This document shows, piece after piece, positions 1 through 12,476 of a stretch of 64,000 nt of DNA. The stretch lies in assembly GCA_030697365.1 (NCBI GenBank), contig JAUYQH010000200.1:4670-68669 (forward strand). Reading direction: 5' to 3'. The number at the start of each line of letters is the position of its first letter. Position 1 is the stretch's first letter. Under the pieces are notes generated by a model that saw only the letters and a program-made list of their open reading frames with translations, was not told the origin of the DNA and did not search any database. Made by a program: the position numbers and the translations under genes. This DNA is from Novosphingobium sp. Lineage in GTDB: Bacteria; Pseudomonadota; Alphaproteobacteria; Sphingomonadales; Sphingomonadaceae.

Positions 1-30
1 CCGGGAGGAGCTTTTTCATCCTCCACCCTA

Positions 31-136
31 CCCAGTCTTGTCGAGCGAAGTCGAGACACGTTGCGCTAACGTGTCTCGACTGACGACGAAGTCGCCAGTT
101 CATCCTGGGCCTGCCGAAGGGCTCGACAAGACTGGG
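31..136. repeat. Palindromic REP/MITE-like intergenic element
   Basis: Perfect 16-bp inverted ends CCCAGTCTTGTCGAGC (31-46) / GCTCGACAAGACTGGG (121-136); internal 13-bp stem GTCGAGACACGTT (50-62) / AACGTGTCTCGAC (68-80); lies just downstream of folD. Confidence 0.8.
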
Positions 137-142
137 GTTCGG

Positions 143-1033
143 TTAGATTTCCTCGCCTCGAACACCCGCCCGCCGTCGCGCCGCGACCAGGGTGTTGCGC
201 AGGAGGCAGGCGATGGTCATCGGGCCGACCCCACCGGGCACCGGCGTGATCGATCCCGCGACCGCGCTGGCCGAGGCGAAGTCCACATCGCCCACCAGCC
301 GTCCCTTGGCCTCGCCCTCGCCCGGGGGCAGGCGGTTGATCCCCACGTCGATCACGCAGGCGCCGGGCTTGATCCAGCCTCCGGTGACCATTTCCGCGCG
401 CCCGACCGCGGCGATGACGATATCGGCGCGGCGCACGACTTGCGCCAGGTCCCTGGTCCGGCTGTGGGCGATGGTCACCGTGCAGTTTTCTGCGAGCAGC
501 AGCTGCGCCACCGGCTTGCCCACCAGCACCGAGCGGCCGATCACCACCGCCTCCTTGCCGGTCAGGTCGCCGAGCCGGTCCCGGGCCAGCATCAGGCAGC
601 CGAGCGGGGTGCACGGGACCAGCCCGGGCAGCCCCGACGCGAGCCGTCCGGCGCTGAGCGGGGTCAATCCATCGACGTCCTTGTCCGGATCGATCAGATC
701 GATCACCGTCTTTTCGTCGAGCCCCGAAGGGAGCGGAAGCTGGACGAGGATTCCGTCCACCGCGTCATCGGCGTTGAGCTTTGCGACCAGCGCCAGAAGA
801 TCGGCTTGCGCCGTGTCGGCGGGCAGCTTGTGCTCGAAACTGGCCATTCCGGCCTCGAGCGTGGCTTTGCCCTTGGATCGGACATAGACCTGGCTCGCCG
901 GATCCTCGCCGACCAGCACAACCGCGAGGCCTGCCTTGCGCCCCGCCGCCGCCTCGAACGCGCGCGCCTGCTCGCCGACGCGGGCGCGCAAACCGGCGGC
1001 GAAGGCCTTGCCGTCGATGACTGCCGCGGTCAT
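143..1033 (-). CDS. folD: Bifunctional methylenetetrahydrofolate dehydrogenase/cyclohydrolase
   Basis: MTAAVIDGK start (ATG at 1033), [51 protein letters not shown] motifs. Confidence 0.97.
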   Translation of the reverse strand: MTAAVIDGKAFAAGLRARVGEQARAFEAAAGRKAGLAVVLVGEDPASQVYVRSKGKATLEAGMASFEHKLPADTAQADLLALVAKLNADDAVDGILVQLPLPSGLDEKTVIDLIDPDKDVDGLTPLSAGRLASGLPGLVPCTPLGCLMLARDRLGDLTGKEAVVIGRSVLVGKPVAQLLLAENCTVTIAHSRTRDLAQVVRRADIVIAAVGRAEMVTGGWIKPGACVIDVGINRLPPGEGEAKGRLVGDVDFASASAVAGSITPVPGGVGPMTIACLLRNTLVAARRRAGVRGEEI

Positions 1034-1034
1034 T

Positions 1035-1328
1035 TCAGACCGCTGCAATCGCAACGTTCTTGAGCACGATCATCACGATCTGCAAAAGGATGATCAGCAC
1101 CATAGGCGAGAAGTCGATCGCCCCGGTGGCAGGCATGATCTTGCGAATCGGGCGCAGGATCGGCTCGAGGATCGCGTTGATCGCGGTCCACACCGCATCG
1201 ACGAAACCGTTGTGGCGGTTGACCACGTTGAACGCGAGCAGCAGGCTGAGCACGAACTGGATGATCACCGCGATTACGATCACGTTGATCAGCAGGCTGA
1301 GGATTTCGATCAGGGTATAGAGGAACAC
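1035..1328 (-). CDS. YggT family membrane protein
   Basis: 97 aa, hydrophobic helices with [17 protein letters not shown] motif; stop sits 1 nt before the folD start. Confidence 0.9.
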   Translation of the reverse strand: MFLYTLIEILSLLINVIVIAVIIQFVLSLLLAFNVVNRHNGFVDAVWTAINAILEPILRPIRKIMPATGAIDFSPMVLIILLQIVMIVLKNVAIAAV

Positions 1329-1403
1329 GCGGGCATCCTGATTATGAAACTGGCCGCGGCGATTAGCCGACGCGGGGCGGGTGTATCAACCGGATAATAC
1401 GCG

Positions 1404-2300
1404 TCAGGCGCGGATCAGCGTGCCCGCGCCGCGGCTGGTGAAAATCTCCAGCAGCATCGCGTGCGGCACCCGCCCGTCGAGCACCACCGCTGCCTCGCAC
1501 CCTGCCTCGACCGCGTGGACGCAGGTTTCCAGCTTGGGGATCATGCCCCCGGAGATCGTCCCGTCGGCCTGCAGCTCCGCGATCCGCGCCGGGGTCAGGT
1601 CGGTCAGCAGCGCGCCCTGCTTGTCGAGCACCCCTGAAACATCGGTCAGCAGGAACAGCCGCGCCGCACCCAGCGCCGCGGCGATTGCGCCGGCCATCGT
1701 ATCGGCGTTGATGTTGTAAGTATGCCCGTCCTCGCCCGCGCCGATCGGGGCGATCACCGGGATCATCCCCGCGGCGCAAGTGGTTTCGAGGATCGTGGTA
1801 TCCACCCTGGCCGGCTCGCCGACGAAGCCGAGATCGACCACGCTCTCGATATTGCTGTCGGGGTCCTTGCTGGTGCGGGTCACCTTGCGCGCGGTGACCA
1901 GCCCGGCGTCCTTGCCCGAGATGCCCAGCGCCTTACCCCCGGCGGCGGCGATCCAGCCGACCAGTTCCTTGTTGATCGAGCCCGACAGGACCATCTCGGC
2001 GACAGCTGCGGTTTCCTTGTCGGTCACCCGCAATCCGTCGATGAAGCGGCTCTCAACCCCCAGCTTCTTGAGCATGGCCCCGATCTGCGGGCCACCGCCG
2101 TGGACCACCACCGGGTTGATCCCGACCGCTTTCAGCAGCACCACGTCCTCGGCGAAATCACGCGCCAGTTCGGGATCGCCCATCGCGTGGCCGCCGTATT
2201 TCACCACGAATGTCTTGCCGGCATAGCGCTGGAGATAAGGCAACGCCTCGGTCAGCGTCTCCGCCTTGGCGAGCATCGCGGGATCGAGGGTGTGGGTCAT
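1404..2300 (-). CDS. argB: Acetylglutamate kinase
   Basis: [42 protein letters not shown] motifs. Confidence 0.97.
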   Translation of the reverse strand: MTHTLDPAMLAKAETLTEALPYLQRYAGKTFVVKYGGHAMGDPELARDFAEDVVLLKAVGINPVVVHGGGPQIGAMLKKLGVESRFIDGLRVTDKETAAVAEMVLSGSINKELVGWIAAAGGKALGISGKDAGLVTARKVTRTSKDPDSNIESVVDLGFVGEPARVDTTILETTCAAGMIPVIAPIGAGEDGHTYNINADTMAGAIAAALGAARLFLLTDVSGVLDKQGALLTDLTPARIAELQADGTISGGMIPKLETCVHAVEAGCEAAVVLDGRVPHAMLLEIFTSRGAGTLIRA

Positions 2301-2980
2301 CAGGCGGGCATCCCGTCAAGCTTGCGACCAAGCACAACCGCGCCCTGGATCACCACGGGCACCACGATCAGGCTCAGCGCCACCTTGGCGATCATTTGCC
2401 CGACCAACAGCGGCCCGATCGGAAACACACCGTAGAACGCGACGGTAATGAAGATCAGCGTATCGACAACTTGGCTCAGCGCCGAGGCGATGGCGCCGCG
2501 AGCCATCAGCCACCATCCGCTGCCGCCCTTTTCCGATCCGCTCAGCGCGCTGAAAACCCGAACGTTGAGCAGGGTCGAAATGCCGTAAGCGAGGATTCCG
2601 GCGCCCATCAGTCGCGGCCCTTGCGACAGCACCATCTGGAACGCATCCAGCCGCGCGCGATCCATGTCGGCCGCGGCAGGCAGCCCCAGCACGAAGCCGA
2701 TCAGCGCCATCGCCAGGATCAGCGGGACGAAGCCGACGATCACCATCCGGTTGGCCATGGCGCGTCCGTGCAACTCGGCCACCGCGCTCGACAAAACGAC
2801 CAGCATCAGGAAGGCGAAAATGCCTGCCTCCACCGCCAGCGGACCGAGCGCGACTTGCTTGTTTCCAAGCACGCCGGCCAGTACCGTCATCCCGCCATAG
2901 ATCAGCGCGAAGACGAACAGCGAACGCGGGATCGAGAGCGCGGTTTGCGCGGGGGTCTGGGTGAGCGGGGGACTATCCAT
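2300..2980 (-). CDS. Queuosine-precursor transporter (VUT/YhhQ family)
   Basis: Six predicted hydrophobic helices; [33 protein letters not shown] motif typical of VUT; TGATG overlap with argB. Confidence 0.85.
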   Translation of the reverse strand: MDSPPLTQTPAQTALSIPRSLFVFALIYGGMTVLAGVLGNKQVALGPLAVEAGIFAFLMLVVLSSAVAELHGRAMANRMVIVGFVPLILAMALIGFVLGLPAAADMDRARLDAFQMVLSQGPRLMGAGILAYGISTLLNVRVFSALSGSEKGGSGWWLMARGAIASALSQVVDTLIFITVAFYGVFPIGPLLVGQMIAKVALSLIVVPVVIQGAVVLGRKLDGMPA

Positions 2981-3061
2981 CGCGGCCCGATAGCGGGATT
3001 TTGACCGTCCGCCAAATCCCCCCTAACACCCCGCCACAACTGGGGTCGGAGCAACTTCCCG

Positions 3062-4390
3062 ATGCGTGTCTTCTACTCACTGCTCGGTATCGCCCTGATC
3101 CTGCTCGTGGCCTTCGCGCTTTCCAGCAACCGTCGCGCGATCCGCCCGCGGGTGGTCGCTGCGGCGTTTGCGCTGCAGGCCGGGTTCGCCGCGATCGTGC
3201 TCTACTTCCCGCCGGGCAACTATGCGTTGCAAAGCGCGGCGCGCGGGGTCGAGAACCTGCTCGGCTATGCCAAGGCGGGGATCGATTTCCTGTTCGGCCC
3301 GCTCGCCAGCCCCGAGATCGGCGGGACCAGCTTCGCCATCGCCGCGCTGCCCGTGATCATCTTCTTCGCCGCGCTGATCTCGATCCTTTATTATCTGGGG
3401 ATCATGCAGCTGATCATCCGCTGGATCGGCGGCGCGCTGGAGAAGATCACCGGGATCAGCAAAGTCGAAAGCCTGACCGCGGCGGCCAACATCTTCGTCG
3501 GGCAGAGCGAGAGCCCGCTGGTGATCCGCCCCTATCTGGCCGGGCTCAACCAGTCGCAGCTGTTCCTGGTGATGACCGTGGGCATGGCTGGCGTCGCGGG
3601 GACAATCCTGGCGGCTTACGCCAGCATGGGGATCCGTATCGACTATCTCGTCGCCGCCGCGTTTATGAGCGCGCCGGGCGGGATCCTGATGGCCAAACTG
3701 ATCATGCCCGACGAATTGCCCCACCGCGAACCCGACCCCGCAGTCCGCGCTGCGATCGAGGCCGAGATCAACGAAGGGGGCCCGGTAGCAGGTGAGCCCC
3801 TGACCAACCCGCACGATCCCGCGACGATCAGCCCGGTCGAGGTGGAATCCATCGAGGATGGCGAGGAGCGCCCCGCCAACATCATCATGGCCGCCAGCCA
3901 GGGCGCGCAGACCGGCGTGAAACTCGCGGTGGCGGTCGGCGCGATGGTTCTCGCGTTCGTCGCGCTTGTCGCGCTCGCCAACGGAATCCTCGGCGGCGTC
4001 GGCGGCTGGTTCGGCTATCCCGACCTCAGCTTCCAGCAGATCATCGGTTACGTTTTCGCTCCGGTGATGTGGCTGCTCGGTGCCGAAAGCTGGGCCGAGG
4101 CGCTGCGCGCGGGCGGGCTGTTCGGTACCAAGCTGGTGCTCAACGAGTTCGTCGCGTTCATCGACCTGGGCAAGGACGCGGTTCTCTCGCCCCACATGGT
4201 CGCGGTGGTGACGTTTGCCTTGTGCGGTTTTGCCAACTTCAGCTCGATCGCAATCCAGATGGCGGTGACCGGCGGCCTCGCTCCCAACCAGCGCCCGCAT
4301 ATCGCGCGACTCGGGATCAAGGCACTGGTGGCGGGAAGCCTCGCCAACCTGATGAGCGCGGCGCTGGCGGGGTTGTTTTTGTCGCTTTGA
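3062..4390 (+). CDS. Concentrative nucleoside transporter (CNT/NupC family)
   Basis: GIDFLFG, ANIFVGQSESP, TKLVLNEFVAF, FALCGFANFSSIAIQ, LANLMSA motifs. Confidence 0.93.
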   Translation: MRVFYSLLGIALILLVAFALSSNRRAIRPRVVAAAFALQAGFAAIVLYFPPGNYALQSAARGVENLLGYAKAGIDFLFGPLASPEIGGTSFAIAALPVIIFFAALISILYYLGIMQLIIRWIGGALEKITGISKVESLTAAANIFVGQSESPLVIRPYLAGLNQSQLFLVMTVGMAGVAGTILAAYASMGIRIDYLVAAAFMSAPGGILMAKLIMPDELPHREPDPAVRAAIEAEINEGGPVAGEPLTNPHDPATISPVEVESIEDGEERPANIIMAASQGAQTGVKLAVAVGAMVLAFVALVALANGILGGVGGWFGYPDLSFQQIIGYVFAPVMWLLGAESWAEALRAGGLFGTKLVLNEFVAFIDLGKDAVLSPHMVAVVTFALCGFANFSSIAIQMAVTGGLAPNQRPHIARLGIKALVAGSLANLMSAALAGLFLSL

Positions 4391-4399
4391 GCGACGTTG

Positions 4400-4516
4400 C
4401 TCTCTCCCCTTCAGGGGAGAAAGACGCAGACTTGGAGCTTGCTCGCTAGTCGAAGTAGAGAGGGGCAGTTTGCGCACAGCCCCCTCTCCCAACCCTCTCC
4501 CCTGAAGGGGAAAGGG
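4400..4516. repeat. Palindromic intergenic element (CCCTCTCCCC..GGGGAGAGGG class)
   Basis: Ends TCTCCCCTTCAGGGGAGA and CTCTCCCCTGAAGGGGAAAGGG are mutually inverted and each self-complementary; fills the gap between the convergent nupC-like gene and mutS. Confidence 0.8.
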
Positions 4517-7117
4517 CTAAGTGCCCGCCTCGCGCTTCAACCGGTACAACTCCTCGAGCGCTTCCCGCGGACTCAGCGCATCGACGTCGAGCGTCTTCAA
4601 CCGCTCGCGTAACTCATCGCAGACATCCTCCTCGGCCGCCATTGCCGCGGCGAACAGCGGCAGGTCGTCGAGCCCCGCGGCCAGGCCGCCGGTCGCCGCC
4701 CGCCCCTTCTCCAGCTTGTCGAGCACCGCCTTGGCGCGCTTGAGCACCGACGGCGACACACCCGCGAGCCTCGCGACGGCGAGGCCGTAGCTGCGGTCTG
4801 CCGGACCCTCGGCGACTTCATGCAACAGCACCAGATCGCCCTTCCATTCGCGCGCGCGGACGTGGTGGAGGGTGAGCGAATCGCAAGTCTCGGCGAGCCG
4901 GGACAGCTCGTGGTAGTGCGTGGCGAACAGGCAGCGGCAGCGGTTCTGTTCGTGAACCGCCTCCACCACTGCCCACGCCAGCGCCAGCCCGTCGTAGGTC
5001 GAGGTTCCCCGCCCGACCTCGTCGAGGATCACGAACGACTGCTCGGTCGCCTGGGCAAGGATCGCGGCGGTTTCGACCATCTCGACCATGAAGGTCGAGC
5101 GCCCGCGGGCGAGGTTGTCGCTCGCCCCGACCCGGCTGAACAGGCGGTCCACCAGCCCGATGGTGGCGCTAGTCGCGGGGACGAACCCGCCCGCTTGTGC
5201 CAGCACCACGATCAGCGCGTTCTGTCGCAGGAAGGTGCTCTTGCCTCCCATGTTGGGGCCACCGACCAGCCACAGGCGGTCTTCGGACACCAACGTGCAA
5301 TCGTTCGCCACGAACCGCTCGCCCGCTTTGGCCAGCGCGGCTTCGACCACCGGGTGACGACCGCCCTCGATCGCCAGAACGGGTTCGGCAACGATCCGCG
5401 GCAGAACCCAGCGGCCCTCGGCCGCGCGCTCGGCCTGGCCCGCGGAAACGTCGATCCGGGCGAGCGCGGCGGCGGTCCTGGCGATGCCCTCGCGCGATTT
5501 GACGACCTCGCCGACCAGTTCCTCGAAGTGCGCTTCCTCCGCGGCGAGCGAATGTCCCCCGGCCTCGGCGATCCGGCTGGCCTCCTCATGCAGCGCCAGC
5601 GCGTTGAAGCGCACCGCGCCGGCCATCGTCTGGCGATGCGTGAATCCCGAATCCGCCGCCATCAGCCGGTCGGCGTGTTTGGCCGGAACCTCGACGAAAT
5701 AGCCGAGCACGCCGTTGTGGCGAATCTTGAGCGAGGGCGTGCCGGTCTGATCGCGGTACTTCGCCTCGAGCGCGGCGATCGCGCGGCGCGCGTTGCCGCT
5801 GGTCCGGCGCAGTTCGTCGAGCGCGTGGTCGTAACCTTCGGCGATGTAGCCGCCCTGCCCGCGCTCGGTCGGGGGTGCGGGGACCAGCGCGCGACTGAGC
5901 AGATCGACCAGCGCGCCATGCCCGCCCAGCGCCGGGAGCAGCGCGTTCAGCAGCGCGGGCCGATCGTCACGCTTGTCGAGATGATCGCGCACCCGCCGCG
6001 CTTCGCCCAGCCCGTCGCGCAACTGGCCGAGGTCACGCGGAGAGCCGCGCCCCGCCACCACCCTGCCCAAAGCCCGCCCGATGTCGGGAGCAGCGCGCAA
6101 CACGGTGCGCAAGTCGCCGCGCAGCAGCGGATCGTCGTGGAGCCAGCTCACCAGTTCGAGTCGCGCGTTGATCGCGGCCGCGTCGGTCAGCGGAGCGGAC
6201 AGGTCCTCGGCGAGCTGCCGCGCCCCCGCCCCGGTCACGCAGCGATCGATCGCTTCGATCAGGCTGCCCTTGCGCGCGCCGCCCTGAGTAGAGAGGATTT
6301 CGAGGCTGGCCCGGGTCGCCTCGTCCATCGCCAGCGCCGCGTCGCCGCCGCGCACCTGGGGCGGAAGGAGCAGCGGCAATGTGCCACGCCCGACATGGTC
6401 GAGATAGCCGAGCAGGCCCCCCGCGGCGGCGAGCATCGCCCGCCCGAAACTGCCGAACCCGTCGAGCGTCGCGACGCCATGCGTTGCCCGCAAGCGCCGC
6501 TCGCCTGCTTCGCTGGTGAAGTCCGCCGCGCCGCGCGGAATCGCGGCTTCGGGGGCGACGTCCCAGCCCTCGGGCGCAACCAGTTCGCTCGGGCTCAGCC
6601 GCGCCAGTGCCGCGCCCAGCGCCGAGGGCTCGCATTCCTCCAGCTCCATCAGCCCGGTCGAGATGTCGCACGCGGCGATTCCGCAGGTTCCGCGCACTTC
6701 GCACACCGCGGCGAGGACGTTGGCGCGACGCGGTTCGAGCAACGCTTCCTCGGTCAGTGTGCCCGCGGTGACGAAGCGCACGATGTCGCGCGCGACCAGC
6801 GCCTTGCTCCCGCGTGCCTTGCGCGCCTGGTCCGGGCTTTCGGTCTGCTCGGCGATCGCAACCCGCTGGCCCGCCTTGATCAGCCGCGCGAGATAGCCTT
6901 CGGCGGCGTGGACCGGCACCCCGCACATCGGGATCGGCGCGCCGCCGTGTTCGCCGCGGCTGGTCAGCGCGATGTCGAGCACTTGCGCAGCGATTCGGGC
7001 GTCGTCGAAGAACAACTCGAAGAAATCGCCCATGCGGTAGAACAGCAGGCAATCCGCGGCTTCGGCCTTGAGCGCAAGATATTGCGCCATCATGGGGGTT
7101 GCGGCTATGGGGCTCAC
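4517..7117 (-). CDS. mutS: DNA mismatch repair protein MutS
   Basis: TPMMAQY, FYRMGDFFELF, GPNMGGKST Walker A, RGRSTFMVEM, LDEVGRGTST, FATHYHEL. Confidence 0.98.
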   Translation of the reverse strand: MSPIAATPMMAQYLALKAEAADCLLFYRMGDFFELFFDDARIAAQVLDIALTSRGEHGGAPIPMCGVPVHAAEGYLARLIKAGQRVAIAEQTESPDQARKARGSKALVARDIVRFVTAGTLTEEALLEPRRANVLAAVCEVRGTCGIAACDISTGLMELEECEPSALGAALARLSPSELVAPEGWDVAPEAAIPRGAADFTSEAGERRLRATHGVATLDGFGSFGRAMLAAAGGLLGYLDHVGRGTLPLLLPPQVRGGDAALAMDEATRASLEILSTQGGARKGSLIEAIDRCVTGAGARQLAEDLSAPLTDAAAINARLELVSWLHDDPLLRGDLRTVLRAAPDIGRALGRVVAGRGSPRDLGQLRDGLGEARRVRDHLDKRDDRPALLNALLPALGGHGALVDLLSRALVPAPPTERGQGGYIAEGYDHALDELRRTSGNARRAIAALEAKYRDQTGTPSLKIRHNGVLGYFVEVPAKHADRLMAADSGFTHRQTMAGAVRFNALALHEEASRIAEAGGHSLAAEEAHFEELVGEVVKSREGIARTAAALARIDVSAGQAERAAEGRWVLPRIVAEPVLAIEGGRHPVVEAALAKAGERFVANDCTLVSEDRLWLVGGPNMGGKSTFLRQNALIVVLAQAGGFVPATSATIGLVDRLFSRVGASDNLARGRSTFMVEMVETAAILAQATEQSFVILDEVGRGTSTYDGLALAWAVVEAVHEQNRCRCLFATHYHELSRLAETCDSLTLHHVRAREWKGDLVLLHEVAEGPADRSYGLAVARLAGVSPSVLKRAKAVLDKLEKGRAATGGLAAGLDDLPLFAAAMAAEEDVCDELRERLKTLDVDALSPREALEELYRLKREAGT

Positions 7118-7195
7118 GGGCAGCTTGGCGGGTCCGAGTGGGATCGAGCCACCTAGACCAGGCGTCCAGCATTCTCAAATCGGTGACGGGAACTC

Positions 7196-8803
7196 ATGCA
7201 CAGCCGTGAAGCAATGGCGCTGGAAGGCGACGCAGTGACGCTGCCCTGGCTGCGCGCGCCGTGGCTGCTGGCAGCGATTGCGGTGCTGTGCCTGCCTTAC
7301 CTGCTCGTTACGATCCCCCCGCTGATCGACCTGCCCGGGCACCTCGGCGCCGCGGCGATCGAGGCCGCGGAGCCCGGCGGCGCATTGCGCCAGTACTGGC
7401 ACTGGGAATGGGCCTATTCGCTCAACATGGGCGGCGAAGTGCTGATGAAGCTGCTCGCCGACAAGCTCGGCCTCGTCGCCGCGGGCTGGTGGAGCGCGGT
7501 GATCGCGACCGCGCTGTTCGCCGCAGGCTGTGTTGCCGCGATCCGCGCGGTCAACCCGCGGGGTGGATACGGCCTCGGCTGGGCACTGCTGTTCGTGTTC
7601 AGTTACCCGCTGCTGATGGGCTTCATCAATTATGTGCTGGCAACCGGGCTGGCGCTGCTGGTGTTTGCGGCGTGGGTGACGTGGCGCGACAGGCCGGTGA
7701 CCCGGACGGTGTTGCTGCTGCTCGCGCAGCCCGTCCTGCTGACCTGCCACGCGGTGGGCGGGGCGCTGCTGCCGTTGCTGGTCGGCGCTTACGCGCTGGG
7801 CGCAATACTCGACGAGCGCCCCGGCTGGCGCGTCGCTGTGCGCCGGCTGGCGCGCGAGTGCTGGCCGCTGCTCGCCACCTTGGCGACAATGGCGCTGTGG
7901 AAACTCGCCGCGCCCGTGGGCAAGGGAGGGCTCCAGTGGTTCGCGACGCAGAAGCTGCTCGCGTTCCCGTTCGCGTTGCGCGACCAGTCGCAGGCGCTCG
8001 ACATCGCGACGCTGGTTGCCTGCGGGGTGCTGCTGGTCGCCGGGGCCATCATTGGCGCGCGCTGGTCTTGGCGGCAGGGACTGCCCGCGCTGGCGCTCGC
8101 AGTGCTGTTCGCGATCGCCCCGGGCGCGATCGACGGCAGCGCGCTGATCGACGTGCGGCTGCTGCCGGTCGCGATCATGCTGGCGCTGGGCTTGCAGGAC
8201 TGGAGCCGGGTGAGCCTGCCCGTGGCGCGCGGCGTGGCACTGGCGGGGGTCGCGCTGCTCAGCGTGCGGCTGGCGGCAACCGCGCACGGCTTCGCCGCGT
8301 ACGACGCGGACTACAAGACCCAGCTCGCCGCGCTCGACCGGGTCCAGCCGGGGGCCAAGGTGCTCGCGCTGGTCGAGCACAGCTGTCTGCGCGAATCGTG
8401 GCGGACGAGCCGGACCGATCACCTCCCCAGCCTGGCGAGCGTCTATCGCGGGGCCTGGACCAACGACAACTGGGCGGTTCCGGGGCTGCACATGCTCAAG
8501 CCGAAGTTCCGTCCCGGGCCGGGCTATAGCGCCGATCCTTCGACTTTCGTGTGGTCGCCGGGCTGCTCGGGCGGCACATTGCTGCGCGGGGTCGAGCAGG
8601 CGATGCGCAGGGCGCCGCTCGAGAAGGTCGATTACGTCTGGCTGATCGGCACCGGCGAACTGAAGAAGGACGACCAGCGACTCGCCGAAGTCTGGCGCTC
8701 GGGGCGCAGCGTACTCTACGCGGTCAAGGCGCGAACCAACGTGCTGGGCGGGCAGGCGATGGCCAAATCCACGGTGAAAGTCCGCGCGCCTACCAAGGGC
8801 TAA
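7196..8803 (+). CDS. Polytopic membrane protein, possible GT-C-fold glycosyltransferase
   Basis: 535 aa; about 10-12 hydrophobic helices, PPLIDLPGHL in the first loop, soluble C-terminal domain; function not assignable from the sequence alone. Confidence 0.6.
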   Translation: MHSREAMALEGDAVTLPWLRAPWLLAAIAVLCLPYLLVTIPPLIDLPGHLGAAAIEAAEPGGALRQYWHWEWAYSLNMGGEVLMKLLADKLGLVAAGWWSAVIATALFAAGCVAAIRAVNPRGGYGLGWALLFVFSYPLLMGFINYVLATGLALLVFAAWVTWRDRPVTRTVLLLLAQPVLLTCHAVGGALLPLLVGAYALGAILDERPGWRVAVRRLARECWPLLATLATMALWKLAAPVGKGGLQWFATQKLLAFPFALRDQSQALDIATLVACGVLLVAGAIIGARWSWRQGLPALALAVLFAIAPGAIDGSALIDVRLLPVAIMLALGLQDWSRVSLPVARGVALAGVALLSVRLAATAHGFAAYDADYKTQLAALDRVQPGAKVLALVEHSCLRESWRTSRTDHLPSLASVYRGAWTNDNWAVPGLHMLKPKFRPGPGYSADPSTFVWSPGCSGGTLLRGVEQAMRRAPLEKVDYVWLIGTGELKKDDQRLAEVWRSGRSVLYAVKARTNVLGGQAMAKSTVKVRAPTKG

Positions 8804-8880
8804 GAACCACTCCTCACCCCGGTTGCCGCGCGCGCCGTCCCGTCCTAGACCCTGCACTAGCGCGCTACAGGGGGTTTGGG

Positions 8881-11145
<2,265 letters not shown>

Positions 11146-11387
11146 GAGAGCGCCGACCAAGAGAGGCGGCTTGGACCACTTGGACCACAGTCCTGGGTTG
11201 AAAAAAACAGGCCTTCCCCGAGCGCAGTTTCCGGCTCCCCACGACTTGATCGCGGCATTCAGCCGGACCGTCGCGACGGCGGCGAAGCAGGGTGAGGTCA
11301 GCGCTCATCCACCAGCTTAGGCCACAACCGGGGGCGTGTAGGAAAGCGTTTTCGACCGACCCAGTACAGCCACCTTCGCGCCGGGTC

Positions 11388-12476
11388 TTACGCCGCCAAC
11401 CGCGTCAGCCGCGCAGCCCATTCGGCAAGCCATGGGGCAAGGCGAGTCAGCGTGACGAGCAGAGGGGCGGTCGCAGGGTCGGTTCCCGCTCCGGCAAGCG
11501 CGCGCGCCAGCCCGATCGGGCGCCCCAGCCGCCCGGCGAACCAGCGCTGCCAATGCGCCGACCCATCCGCGCCGCCCATTTGCCACGCCTGCGCCGCCGA
11601 GATCCCACTGGCGATGGCGATGCCCATGCCCTCCCCGGCGAGCGAGGGGATCACCCCCGCCTGGTCGCCGAGGCGGAACAGCCTGCTGCGGCCCTCGCGC
11701 ACGCGCCAGCCGTAGGGGACGTTGGCGATCGCATCGATCGCCTCAGCTCCCGAGCGATAGGCCAGCCTGTCGGACAAGGCGGGGCATTCCCCGCCCAGCG
11801 CGGCCAGCAGCGCCTCCGGATCGCCCGTCTCGTTCAGCCGCGAGCGGCGGACCGCCAGGCAGACGTTGGCGCTGCCGTCCTCCTGCAAGGCCACCCCGCA
11901 GTAGCCGCGGTCGAACAGGTGCAGCTCGATGGTATCGCTGACCAGCCGCGTCAGCCCCGGCGCGGCGGCGATCCGCACGCGCAGGCCCAGCGTGGGATCG
12001 CTGCCGCGCGCATCTGCTGGCCGCCCCAAACCGCGGACATCGTGCTTGCCGCTGGCGAGGAACAGCGCGGCGGGGCTGAGGTCGGTGCGATCGTCGAGGC
12101 GGACCGTGTCCCCGATCGCGCGAACTGCCACGCCGCGTTCGATCCTCGCTCCGGCCGTCGCCGCCGCGGCGAGTAGGACCGAATCGAGCTTGCGCCGCGA
12201 GACCGAGCGCGCAGGATGGGGCAGCCGTGCTTCGGCATGCCGCTTCCCGGCGAATAGCCGCACCCGCGTGGTCGGCGCGGGGTTGAGCGCGTCGGCCTCG
12301 ACCCCCAGCCGCGCCAGCGTCTCGAGCGTGCGCCAGCTCAGAAACCCGCCGCACAGCGCATCGCCGGTCTCGCGGCTCCGCTCGATCAGCAACGGCCGCT
12401 CGCCCGCGCGGGCCAGCGCAATCGCCGCCGCCGCGCCCGCGGGCCCGCCGCCGACGATCAGCAGCGGGAGGGTCAC
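11388..12476 (-). CDS. FAD-dependent oxidoreductase (geranylgeranyl reductase/hydroxylase-like)
   Basis: Start GTG at 12476 overlapping the upstream stop (GTGA); GGGPAG, LCGGFLS, GDQAGVIPSLAGEGMGIA motifs. Confidence 0.88.
   Translation of the reverse strand: MTLPLLIVGGGPAGAAAAIALARAGERPLLIERSRETGDALCGGFLSWRTLETLARLGVEADALNPAPTTRVRLFAGKRHAEARLPHPARSVSRRKLDSVLLAAAATAGARIERGVAVRAIGDTVRLDDRTDLSPAALFLASGKHDVRGLGRPADARGSDPTLGLRVRIAAAPGLTRLVSDTIELHLFDRGYCGVALQEDGSANVCLAVRRSRLNETGDPEALLAALGGECPALSDRLAYRSGAEAIDAIANVPYGWRVREGRSRLFRLGDQAGVIPSLAGEGMGIAIASGISAAQAWQMGGADGSAHWQRWFAGRLGRPIGLARALAGAGTDPATAPLLVTLTRLAPWLAEWAARLTRLAA

Noticed and set aside
2981-3061. preQ1 riboswitch upstream of the VUT transporter
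   Set aside because: No recognisable preQ1 hairpin or A-rich tail in the 81-nt GC-rich gap
11171-11188. Possible CRISPR repeat
   Set aside because: Only two adjacent 9-mers, no spacers and no cas genes; no CRISPR array seen anywhere in the window
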